Assembly (NCBI RefSeq): GCF_001194135.2
Contig: NC_068994.1
Coordinates: 36,769,995 to 36,833,994, forward strand
Length of the DNA: 64,000 bases
Source: Octopus bimaculoides
Lineage: Eukaryota
Direction of reading: 5' to 3'
Shown piece after piece: positions 40,811 through 52,335 of this stretch. Below the pieces are notes generated by a model. The model was not told where the DNA came from. It made no database searches and was given only the letters and a program-made list of their open reading frames with translations. Position 1 is the stretch's first letter; every line of letters begins with the position of its first letter. The position numbers and the translations under genes are program-made.

Positions 40811-43267
40811 TTAACAGAAATGGCAGACAGAATATTGAGTGAAATATAAAACTGAAACTATAGAAAAAAAAAAATGTTTTAAACTTACCTGGTGTGATCT
40901 CTGTGCCATGGTGTAGGTGTGCTTCACTGATGACAGTCCTTTCAGACTATGCACTGATTTGTATTCAGATTCTGGCTCCCTTTTTAATAAGTTTGCTTGA
41001 GAATGTCTACTGTTACCATGCTCTGTTACCATTGCAACAGGAACATCATACTGAATTCTTTCATCAAAGAGCTTATTGGGATTGTTTAAACCTCCATTAA
41101 ATCTGCTGTTCCTTTGGTTGTTTTTATGAATCATACATACTGCCATAGAAATCACAATTGCAACTGATATAATCACAGCTGCTACAACAATGATAACCAC
41201 CAGGTTAATGTGTATCTTGTGGTCAGATTTTATATCAACAGATGTAAACATCTTAGATGTTGTATTACTGACTGTTAATACCACAGACAGAATAGTTTTT
41301 GCAGACAAAACAGGAGTCCCACTGTCTTTGACTATTAACTGAAGATCATATGATCCAGCATCATTTTGATAAACTGTACGTGAATATGATATCACACCAG
41401 TATAAGGGTTGATTGTAAAGAGCTGCTTGTTGTTGCCTCCTTCTATTTCATATTTCAAGAAAGCATTGACATGACTGTCTCTGTCAGAAGCTCTCAATAC
41501 TGTCACCTCATTGTTACTTTGAGGTTGGTAGTGAACATCTAGGCTAAAAGGATTGACACTTGGAAAGGTAAAATAGGGAGCATTGTCATTTTTATCCATA
41601 ACTTCCACAATGATATTAGCTGTGTTGTTGAGAGATGGTATCCCATTGTCTCTTATTAAAACTTGAAACTTATAAACATCTCTTTGTTCTCGGTCTAATG
41701 ATTCTGAAGTTGAAATAAATCCAAAATTCGAAATTTCAAAAGGAAGATTATGAATTCCTTTACTTAAGAGAAAATATGAAAGTTGACCTCCAGCTTCTAG
41801 GTCTGGGTCTGAGGCATTAATAAAACCAACTGGAAAATTTGATTTTTCGTTTTCATATGTGAGAAATTTGAATGTATCTTTTGTGAATTGTGGCTGTACA
41901 TCATTGACATCAGTCACTTGAATATTGAACTTTCTCTCAGTTCTGAGAGGTGGCGATCCTTTGTCCTGACAACTAATCATAAAATCAATATAGCTCTCTG
42001 ATTCCCTGTCTACAGGGTTTTTTAAAACAACTTTGTATTTTTTTCTTCCAAGCTTTTGAAGCTGTAGTTTATCATGGTTGAGATCACATACCACTTCTCC
42101 ATTTTGATTGACATCATTGTCACTTACTTTCACATAAGCAATAAAACTGTTGGTTTTGACACCTTCAGAAATTGTTGTTATATTGCCTATTGGCTCAGAG
42201 ACAAACTTGACATCAAGAATTGGGGCATTATTTTCTCTGTTTATTATATTCACAAGAACCATTGCAGTAGAGCTCAAGGGTTGACTTCCTTTATCGATGG
42301 CTTCAATAAATAATTTAAATGTTTTTCTTTTTATTGATGGAAAATTTCTAGCTAAGAAAATCTTGCCTGATGTTTCATTTAAGTAAAATAATGTTTTTGC
42401 AAAATCAGAAGTTTTTGAACTGAAATAATATGAAACTTTTCCATTTTCACCCGAATCTAAATCTGTAGCATATACTGTAACAATTGGTGTGTATATGTCT
42501 TGTCTGTTATTAATGGAGACATTATAAACGTTTTTGGAGAAAACTGGTTGATTGTCATTCTCATCATTGACAGATACGTGAATGGTTAAAAAACCCTGGT
42601 ATGATGGAGTGCCACCATCTTTAGCAATCACCTGAAGTGTATAAGTTGAATTTATCTCTCGATCAAGTTTCTTTTCTAAAACTATTCTTAGCTTTCTTGT
42701 ACCATCTATCTTTTTGATGACTGACAGTGTAAATGGATCATTAATATCTTTCTTCAGTTGGTATGTAATTTGAGAATTTAGAAATCCAACATCATTGTCA
42801 ATAGCATTTGGAATAGATTTTGATGTTCCACTGCTATCAGTTTCATAGAACTGAATATAGACATCTTTGCTTATAAATTCTGGCTGGTGATCATTAACAT
42901 CATCAATAATAACTTTTACTTCAATGACCTTCACAAAAGATTCTTTATGCCGAACAGCTACTTCCACTATTTTGAAACATTCTGTGTTGTATTTACAAAG
43001 TAATTCAGCGTCAAGCGTTTGAGAAGTATACATCATTCCGTTTTTGCCAACCTTGAACATTGGAGCATTTCCACTGAGACTCTCATGGAGTCTGCTGAAT
43101 GTAATCATATTTAAGTCTTCAGCATTGAAGCTGTTGTAGAGATGTGCATCAGCAGCAATGTTTCCTACCAGAGTATCAGGATTCTGACCCTCTTTCACAT
43201 GGTAGGTAATGTCTATACATACTGATGTGTTCAACATGATCACTAGTAAAAATAGTGTTATTGACAT
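40811..43267 (-). CDS. PCDH: Protocadherin (cephalopod-type, 6 EC repeats + TM). Large coding exon 43267-40889, with the ORF reading 25 further codons into the intron
   Basis: 818-aa ORF. Hydrophobic signal peptide (aa ~1-17). EC1 has C-x5-C (CKYNTEC). Cadherin motifs DVNDHQPEF, LDRE, DENDNQPVF, DVNDVQPQF, DKNDNAPYF, DxD, DxGxP. TM at aa ~687-713 (41129-41209). Family is certain; the specific paralogue cannot be named. Confidence 0.97.
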   Translation of the reverse strand: MSITLFLLVIMLNTSVCIDITYHVKEGQNPDTLVGNIAADAHLYNSFNAEDLNMITFSRLHESLSGNAPMFKVGKNGMMYTSQTLDAELLCKYNTECFKIVEVAVRHKESFVKVIEVKVIIDDVNDHQPEFISKDVYIQFYETDSSGTSKSIPNAIDNDVGFLNSQITYQLKKDINDPFTLSVIKKIDGTRKLRIVLEKKLDREINSTYTLQVIAKDGGTPSYQGFLTIHVSVNDENDNQPVFSKNVYNVSINNRQDIYTPIVTVYATDLDSGENGKVSYYFSSKTSDFAKTLFYLNETSGKIFLARNFPSIKRKTFKLFIEAIDKGSQPLSSTAMVLVNIINRENNAPILDVKFVSEPIGNITTISEGVKTNSFIAYVKVSDNDVNQNGEVVCDLNHDKLQLQKLGRKKYKVVLKNPVDRESESYIDFMISCQDKGSPPLRTERKFNIQVTDVNDVQPQFTKDTFKFLTYENEKSNFPVGFINASDPDLEAGGQLSYFLLSKGIHNLPFEISNFGFISTSESLDREQRDVYKFQVLIRDNGIPSLNNTANIIVEVMDKNDNAPYFTFPSVNPFSLDVHYQPQSNNEVTVLRASDRDSHVNAFLKYEIEGGNNKQLFTINPYTGVISYSRTVYQNDAGSYDLQLIVKDSGTPVLSAKTILSVVLTVSNTTSKMFTSVDIKSDHKIHINLVVIIVVAAVIISVAIVISMAVCMIHKNNQRNSRFNGGLNNPNKLFDERIQYDVPVAMVTEHGNSRHSQANLLKREPESEYKSVHSLKGLSSVKHTYTMAQRSHQVSLKHFFFSIVSVLYFTQYSVCHFC
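40883..40891 (-). other. 5' splice donor ending the protocadherin exon (phase 0, after Gln793)
   Basis: Plus strand acttacctg = minus strand CAG|GTAAGT, a perfect consensus falling exactly at a codon boundary. The protein turns intron-like (F/Y-rich) after it. Confidence 0.85.
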
Positions 43268-43349
43268 GTCTTGAATGTCAAAGTGTCAAAGAAAGAGTTT
43301 GGATCCCAAAAAAAAAAAAAAATGAATCAGACAAAATATTTCAAAGCAA

Positions 43350-43365
43350 TCTGAAAATGGAAGAT
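43350..43365 (-). other. Candidate splice acceptor upstream of the protocadherin ATG
   Basis: Minus strand ctatcttccattttcag|ATTGC. The exon would start at 43350, 83 nt before the ATG. Confidence 0.45.
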
Positions 43366-43960
43366 AGATAATTTAATTGTGAAAAAATGTCGAGATTACA
43401 TTGATTGTTACATATTTTGTTTCAAAATATATTTCAAGTTACATTTTAGAATCAATATAAAATCTTTCCTGTATATAAAATGAATCGTGAATATAAAGAA
43501 ATTATTACCAAAATAAAAAAGAAAGAAAGAAAACAATAATCCAAGCAGTTTTATTAACTTCGAGGAAAAAAGATTTCAAATGAAAATAGATTAAAAGGAA
43601 AGTTATACAAAGAGGAATAAAGGAAGCAACAACGATCATAAAACTAAATAATATAGGCACACAAATATATATCAAAATAAAAATGAGAGAAATACATAGT
43701 GATAGATCAAAAGGGAAAAAATAGGAAAGAGGAAACATACACTTATAAGAATGATAATGGCCAAGATATCTACATAAAGTGAGAAAAAAGTCTCTTGTGA
43801 AGTCAATACAAAAGTACATATTTGCCTAGATGTCTAATGGATTGCTGCCATAGAAATTTGCTGAGTGGCTTTGCTGTCAGAGAAAAACGGGAAAAGATAG
43901 CATTATTAGCTACTGAGATATATGAGGAAGAAAGAGGTATTTCCAAATCCTTCTGGGTCG

Positions 43961-44069
43961 AAAATGGCGAAGTTAGTGTGGAAGAAAATTGCATATTTTT
44001 GTATGCATCAAAAGAACTCTCGCAGGGACAGTAGGTTGCCAAGGAGACATGATAGGCTGTCAAGGAGAC
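43961..44069. promoter_or_regulatory. Candidate regulatory element: YY1-like motif plus two X-box (RFX)-like motifs
   Basis: AAAATGGCG at 43961-43969; GTTGCCAAGGAGAC at 44035-44048; GCTGTCAAGGAGAC at 44056-44069 (21-bp offset). Confidence 0.4.
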
Positions 44070-44929
44070 AGTAATAAAATTGCTGTAAATGTCTGTAATA
44101 AAATTGCTTTTTTTCTCTCATTTATATTTGTGGATCTTTTATTTCATTTGCTAACACAGCACACATAGAGCCTCCTACAGGTTCTTTCAGATCTAGTTTA
44201 ATAAAACTCTTTGGCAGGTAGTTTTCCTACTTATTGTTTACATTTGAATGTTTTGCAGCACATCAGAGGCAAATACATTAAGAATTTATATATATAATAT
44301 GTGTGTGTGTGTGTGTGTATAGAGTTATATAGGGATATATATATATNNNNNNNNNNNNNNNNNNNNNNNNNNNNNNNNNNNNNNNNNNNNNNNNNNNNNN
44401 NNNNNNNNNNNNNNNNNNNNNNNNNNNNNNNNNNNNNNNNNNNNNNNNNNNNNNNNNNNNNNNNNNNNNNNNNNNNNNNNNNNNNNNNNNNNNNNNNNNN
44501 NNNNNNNNNNNNNNNNNNNNNNNNNNNNNNNNNNNNNNNNNNNNNNNNNNNNNNNNNNNNNNNNNNNNNNNNNNNNNNNNNNNNNNNNNNNNNNNNNNNN
44601 NNNNNNNNNNNNNNNNNNNNNNNNNNNNNNNNNNNNNNNNNNNNNNNNNNNNNNNNNNNNNNNNNNNNNNNNNNNNNNNNNNNNNNNNNNNNNNNNNNNN
44701 NNNNNNNNNNACATTGATTAGTTCTTATGTTGACGGTGGTGATCTGAAGATAAGACAATATTTGGACAAAACTAATGTGTCCTATTTAAATATTTACAAA
44801 GTGTTTCTAAACAATAATAAAGATAATTATAATTTCTCTTTGTTCCTCTGTTGCTCTTGTGATATATGCTGAACACAAATACATATGTGTGTATGTGTGC
44901 ATCTGTATGTGTGTATATATCTGTAAATA

Positions 44930-44972
<43 letters not shown>

Positions 44973-45305
44973 GCACACACTCACACATACATATATATAC
45001 ACACACACATATATGCACACACACATACAGACACACATTTCTGTGAGTTTGTATGTGTGAAATCACACACATATAATCTCATGCATATATATCTTTATAT
45101 ACACACAATTCAGTTGCTAATTGATTTCTGGTCGGCCACAACAATGTTTAAAGATAACCTTTTCACCTATTAATTATTTAATTGAAAGAAAAGAAAAGAA
45201 AGCTAACGAAGAATGAACAAATAAGCAAACAAAACTGTTTCCCAAATTTTTATGATTAACTTCTGAAAAGTTAATTAATGTGTGTGTATATATATATATG
45301 CGTGC

Positions 45306-45364
<59 letters not shown>

Positions 45365-45447
45365 TGTATATATATATATGTCCACGTATATATGTATATG
45401 TATATGTATGTATATAATGTATCTATTTTACTATCTATCTATCTATC

Positions 45448-45486
<39 letters not shown>

Positions 45487-46853
45487 ACACACACAAATGC
45501 ATGCATACACACACACATAACTTAGTGAATACAAGTAGTGTGACTAGAAAAAAAACTGATAGAAACAGTAAACTTGTCTAATGTATATTGCCTGTGATGG
45601 GTTATAAAGAACAGGTTTAGCCTCACATTTGAGAGACAGAGAAAGAGAGAGAGAGGGAGAAAGGAGAGGGTGTGAGGGAAGTGCAATGTTGTACTTAATA
45701 TACTCTATGAACACCAACTAGTTTTAGAAAGGATAGGCACCATTTGCAAAGATGAAACAAACCAAAACAATTATAAATAAGTAAAATGATAACAAAAACA
45801 ATCAAAAGCAAGAAAAGTATTCATATGACATTATTAAGATAGGTGAAGAAACAAACTGACATTTATAAAAAATACTCCAGCAGGAATACAAGAAAAGATA
45901 GCAAGACAAGTGAAAATGAAAGTAATAATAAAAAATAATATGAGCACACTAACAGTACATATATTCATACTCTCAAGTGCATGATATATATATATATATA
46001 TATNNNNNNNNNNNNNNNNNNNNNNNNNNNNNNNNNNNNNNNNNNNNNNNNNNNNNNNNNNNNNNNNNNNNNNNNNNNNNNNNNNNNNNNNNNNNNNNNN
46101 NNNNNNNNNNNNNNNNNNNNNNNNNNNNNNNNNNNNNNNNNNNNNNNNNNNNNNNNNNNNNNNNNNNNNNNNNNNNNNNNNNNNNNNNNNNNNNNNNNNN
46201 NNNNNNNNNNNNNNNNNNNNNNNNNNNNNNNNNNNNNNNNNNNNNNNNNNNNNNNNNNNNNNNNNNNNNNNNNNNNNNNNNNNNNNNNNNNNNNNNNNNN
46301 NNNNNNNNNNNNNNNNNNNNNNNNNNNNNNNNNNNNNNNNNNNNNNNNNNNNNNNNNNNNNNNNNNNNNNNNNNNNNNNNNNNNNNNNNNNNNNNNNNNN
46401 NNNNNNNNNNNNNNNNNNNNNNNNNNNNNNNNNNNNNNNNNNNNNNNNNNNNNNNNNNNNNNNNNNNNNNNNNNNNNNNNNNNNNNNNNNNNNNNNNNNN
46501 NNNNNNNNNNNNNNNNNNNNNNNNNNNNNNNNNNNNNNNNNNNNNNNNNNNNNNNNNNNNNNNNNNNNNNNNNNNNNNNNNNNNNNNNNNNNNNNNNNNN
46601 NNNNNNNNNNNNNNNNNNNNNNNNNNNNNNNNNNNNNNNNNNNNNNNNNNNNNNNNNNNNNNNNNNNNNNNNNNNNNNNNNNNNNNNNNNNNNNNNNNNN
46701 NNNNNNNNNNNNNNNNNNNNNNNNNNNNNNNNNNNNNNNNNNNNNNNNNNNNNNNNNNNNNNNNNNNNNNNNNNNNNNNNNNNNNNNNNNNNNNNNNNNN
46801 NNNNNNNNNNNNNNNNNNNNNNNNNNNNNNNNNNNNNNNNNNNNNNNNNNNNN

Positions 46854-46908
<55 letters not shown>

Positions 46909-47171
46909 ATAACACACACACATATATATATATTCACATACATTCATCTGTTCATATATACATACATGCTTTCATGTGTGTGTGTGTGTGTGTTTCAATT
47001 ATAAGAGTCGAGAGCACTTAATCCAGGATGATAGTGTTTACTATTGTATATCTCCACCACATGCACACATAAGAATACCTATGTACACACACATACACAA
47101 ACACACATACACACTCACACACATATATAGATGTATATGTGTATACTCATATATTTATATANNNNNNNNNN

Positions 47172-47890
47172 TGTAGAGAGATAGAGAGAAAGAGAGAGAG
47201 CGAGAGAGAGAGAGAGAGGAGAATTTGGGAGCCAGACAGATAGTATGTAAGACTAAGTATGATGAGAAGAAATTGTTATGCAGAAAGATAGAGTGTGACA
47301 CAGAAAGAGAAAGAGAGAATGAGTGAGAGAAAGTCAGAGAGAGAGAAAGAGAAAAAGGAGAGAGAGAGGAAGAGAGCAAAGAATATAGACAGAAAGTAAG
47401 ATAGAATGCAAAGGAAAATAGATATACAGAAAAAGAGACAGAACCAAAGATGTAGGGAGAGGGAAGAAAAGAGAGAAATATATAGAGAAGGAAGGAGAGA
47501 GAAATATAGTATGAGAATAAGAAAATTTCTAAAGAGACATAGATATAGAAGAAAATAGATGGAGAAAGATGGAAAAGAGAAAGAATGAGATGAAAGGAGG
47601 TGGATAGATTGAGAGAGAAGGAGATATAAAGTAGCTACAGAGAGTGGGAGGGTCGGGGAATATAGATAGAAATTTTAAAAAGTATACAGAAAAATTTAGA
47701 TAGATTAAGTAGGATAGAGAGTAACAGAGAAAAAGAGAGAGAGAAAGAGACAGACAGAAAGAAAGAAGGGTGAGAAAAAATTGACAGATGAATATAAATG
47801 CAAAATTAGAAGAAAATTGAGACAAAGATAAGATAGAAGTATGTAAAAAAGTGAGATCTATAGATATATATCTATAGAGAGAGACAGGAA
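47172..47890 (+). repeat. Purine-rich (AG) low-complexity tract
   Basis: ~700 bp strongly dominated by A/G on the plus strand. Confidence 0.85.
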
Positions 47891-48540
47891 ATCTAAGAAA
47901 TTTTTGTAGTAAATTGTTCAAGTCTATTAAGGTAATGACAAAATATTTCTTTTCCTTTCTCCATGTGTTCAAACTCATAAAGAATTGAACAAACAATTGA
48001 GAAATGAAATTTAAAAACTGAATAACAGCTGATTTGTCTTAGAAATCATTGTATTACAAGAATACAGTTTCTGGTTTTATAGTAATAAATTTATTAAAAC
48101 TATCTTACTCATGTTCTTTCCTGAATTTACAATAAAAAAAAAAGAAAAAGAAAATGAGATAAAAAGATTCTCTTTCTTGCAGAGAGGAAAAGTACCAATA
48201 ACACTTTTGATTCAATGAAAACATTAGCAAAGTATTAAAATATTATGTTAAATTTCATCAACATTAGTATTCTTTGATTTAAATATTGTAGAAATTACTA
48301 TAGTTCTCTAAAAAACAAAAAAAAAAGTAGTTGTTTTCATAATATTAATAATATGAATCTCATGTTTTAGTAACAGACTAGTTACTGACTTCTCTGACAA
48401 ATATTAGTTAATGAAAGAATACATTTATAAATAATGAAGAAAGAAAACATTGAATGATGTTTTATTTTGTTTTTTGTTTTAATAAACTCATGTGAAATAA
48501 TGCTATAACGATAAAACAACAAAATACATTAAACACTTAC

Positions 48541-48690
48541 TTCTGCTTGTAAATCCTGTCCAACGTGTTGTTTAGCTGAGCTGTGTATCCTGCTGTAGAG
48601 TTGTATAGTTACTGCTGCTGTTGTGTGCGAGATCTGTTATATGTGGCTTACTCTGTGTTGTTGTGTGAATGTGAAAGAGAGGTCTGCAGT
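48541..48690 (-). other. Candidate non-coding first (5'UTR) exon of the protocadherin
   Basis: Non-repetitive, higher-GC island ending in CAGAA|GTAAGTG (donor 48540-48535), directly downstream of a double CCAAT box. The 5' end is approximate. Confidence 0.5.
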
Positions 48691-48694
48691 TTTA

Positions 48695-48760
48695 TCAAGT
48701 ATAATGTGTATGTAATATCTGCTGCAACCAATGATTGGCAGGTTATGGTTCCCATGGAAG
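48695..48760 (-). promoter_or_regulatory. Candidate core promoter with palindromic double CCAAT box
   Basis: CCAATGATTGG at 48728-48738 (CCAAT on both strands), with GATAAAA ~40 nt downstream on the minus strand, followed by the candidate exon. Confidence 0.45.
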
Positions 48761-50239
48761 GAAACAGAAAACCCTCCCTGCTTCAGGTTCCTATAGCAGA
48801 GTAAAATGTAACGAAGGGACAGGGACTTTATATATGCCAGTAAGCCAGTGGACATACATTATTATTACATTTTATTATAGATGTGAAGAAGTAAAGAAGC
48901 TGAAGGAAAAAATCCACATGTCTGGTTTATAACTTGAGAAAAATAGCTTTCTGATTAACTTTTTTTTAAATGCTTATTTTCCAAAAAATATCTTCAGACA
49001 CAAGGTAAAAACGAAATAACCATAAAAGTAAATTCTTAAACCATCCTTTTTTTTGTTTTTCCTATGATGGAACTGTACATATGAAAAATAATTCACATAG
49101 CAAAAAATAAAAATCATTATGAATGTAGAAGACAGTTTTTGAAGAAATCTTCTGTTAATCTACACAGTTGTTTACATATAGATTAATGCCACAGAATGAG
49201 AAAATATAAAAACTATATATATATATATGTATATATATATTTATTTTGAGCAGACGTTATTGATTATCTATTTTATAAAAGATTACTTTCATATATTGGT
49301 ATTATATAGAACTTGTCTCATTTATGTATTTTTCCCCCCTTATCAATCAAATTCTATAGTGATTCAATTAATTTTCACAAATTTTATTTAGCTTATAATC
49401 AAATGAGAAAAACAAACAAACAAACAAAGCAAAGCATACACTATTAACATAAAGAAAAATAAATTATCTACAGTCAAAACTTAAAAGTAAAATATCTCTT
49501 AGTAACACACCAAAAAGGAAATGAATTTTTTCTTTTTCTTTATTTGTTTGCAATTTTCTTTTTAAATATTTCCTTCGCTATTTTAAATTAATGAAGATGA
49601 TAGAAGTAATAAATTATATAAACTTACTACTGAAATCATTATCTTTGTTTCAAGTTATAATTAATGTTGATTTACATCATTTATCTTGTTTTCAACTATG
49701 TTGTTTCTCCTTTTCTTCGAATAATGAGAAAACCAAAAATAAAACCAACAACATCAAAACAACAATAATTAGTATTTCTTAAATAAGTATGAAGTCTTAG
49801 AATTGTAGGTGAGAAAATTTGAGAAATGTTTGCCTTTCAAAAGTGCATTACTTATGTTAGTCAGAAAGGTTAGGAAGCTTTATGAAAATATGGTTTGTAA
49901 AATTAAATAAACTTGATCAAGAACATAAACACAATACATGTATTTGATAGTTTATACTGTAATTTCTTGGATGTTATGTTTCTCAATCATATTTCAGTTT
50001 AGTTGTACAGCAGTAGATTGGCAGAATAGTTAACGCACAGACAAAATGCCTTATGATATTTAGTTGCAGTTCTTCATAGTCTGTGTTCAAATCCCAGTAA
50101 GATCCAACTTTACTGATCATCCTTCCAGGGTTGATAAAATAAAGAACCTATCAAATATTCCTTAGTATTAAATCAATCGACTCCTCTTTCTGAATATGTG
50201 CCATTGTGCTTCTGTTGGGAATCACTATTTTTAGTTCTT

Positions 50240-50273
<34 letters not shown>

Positions 50274-50638
50274 TGGGTACTGGAATGGTTATAGGCACAT
50301 ATGGAATAGGTGCAGGCATAGCTGTGTGGTTAAGAAGTTCATTTCTTAACCATGTGGTTCACTTCGCAGCCACATGATCTCAGATTTAGTGTCAGTGCAT
50401 GGCATCTTGGGCTAGTATCTTCTACTATAGCTTTGAATAAAACTGATTGACAAAAACTGCCCAAGTATGTTACACACATACACATGCAGACGCATGCTTA
50501 CACACACATACACATGCTTACACACACATACAGATGCACACACATATGCAGAGACATACACTTACACACACACATACACACAGAGACTCACACACAGACG
50601 TACATATGTGTATAAACACACACACACACACATATATG

Positions 50639-50704
<66 letters not shown>

Positions 50705-50712
50705 TGTATATA

Positions 50713-51952
50713 TTGGGTCATCCCATAAATAATGCAGTTCTTTCAGTTGCATGAACTAAAAGTTGGAGGAGGATGGGATAAACTACCTGCATCAACTTGC
50801 TATAAATGCAGGTAGTAATTTTATCTTGTACTTATTCTTAGTGCAAGTTTTAAAGAGTGCAGTTCGATTTTAGCAGCTTTTTTTTCAAAGCTATAATGGA
50901 AGTGACAAAGGAGCATATTCAGCCTGTTTTGCTTTATGAGATCAATAAAGACAACAACAGAATGGAAACTGAGGAATATTAATGCAGTATATGGAGATCA
51001 GACAATAATCATAAGCCAGTGTCAATGGTGGTTCCAGAAATTCTGAGCCAGATACTACAGAATAGAAGATAAGCCTTGTTCTGGAAGATCTGTAGGGTTC
51101 AACAAGGATGTCCTGCAAACCCTGGTGACTCAAAGTCCCAGCTTAACTGTTGAGGAACTAGCAGAGAAGCTTGGATTTGGTTATTCAATCATTCATTGAC
51201 ACCTGTGTACCATTGGAAAAGTCAGCAAATTGGGTCAATGGGTTCCTCACAAACTTTCCAAGTCTAAGCGCATGCAACAAATTAAGATGTGACCTTTTTG
51301 TGACCGAATAGTGACTGGTGATGAGAAATGGATTTTCTATAACAATGTCAAGTCCTTAAGACAGTGGGTAAAGGAAAGGAAAAACAGTGGTATCCCAGGT
51401 TAAAGTAAGTCTTCACACATGTAAGGTGTTGTTATCTGTTTGGTGAGATATGAAAGGTTTAGTCCATTTTGAACTTTTAAACCCAAACCAAAATATAACA
51501 AAAGAGATCTACTGTGAGCGGCTCGAGTAGTCTGCACTAGAAGGAAAAATAACCATCTTTGGTTTCAAGATGCAAGGTGTTCTTCGATCAGGATAATGCT
51601 TAGTCACATACAGTGAGGATGACACTTCAAAGGCTGGAGCAGTTTGAATGGGAAGCGATGCTCCACCCACCATATTCGTTGGACATTGACTCATCTGATT
51701 ATCATTTATTCTACAGTCTTTAAAATCATTTGAACACAAGAAACAAAAGTTCTGTAGATGAGATTAGAACAGTACTGGAGGAGTATTTTTCATCAAGGAC
51801 AAGTGAATTTTGGAAGAGGGGCCTTGCAAGTCCATTAGACAGATGGAAGACCATTGTAGAAAATGAAGAATATATTTTAGATTAAAAAATAACTTTGCTT
51901 ATCTTAATTTTGGAAAATAAAAGAAAACTGCATTATTTATGGGATGACACAA
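50713..51952 (+). mobile_element. Near full-length decayed mariner (DD34D) transposon
   Basis: ~27-bp TIRs (ttgggtcatcccataaataatgcagtt / aactgcattatttatgggatgacacaa) flanked by TA. Broken transposase 50896-51885 with WVPHKL, IVTGDEKW, QDNA...SSDYHLF (34 spacing), multiple stops and frameshifts. Confidence 0.95.
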
Positions 51953-51974
51953 TATATATATGCACACACATACA

Positions 51975-52017
<43 letters not shown>

Positions 52018-52335
52018 CAGAAGGCACCAGGCTACAGTTCCTTGCAGTGATTGAACCTGAAACCACATGGTTTGGAAACATATTTCTTAAACACATACCC
52101 ATGCCTGCATCTGAGTGTGTGTGTGTATGTGTGTGAGTTTTACATTTTGGGTGTCTGGAGGGAGGGCAGTACCCTTGGCTTTGCTGGTCTTCTGAGGTTC
52201 ATGAGAGTGTTACTTCTAATGTTCCTCTTGAATCTTTGCAAGTCAATATCCATAGGAAAGGCATGAGTAGAGAGAGAGAGAGAGAGAAAGATCCAAAGAT
52301 ATGACATTTTTGGAAGAAAGGACTGAGTGCAATGA

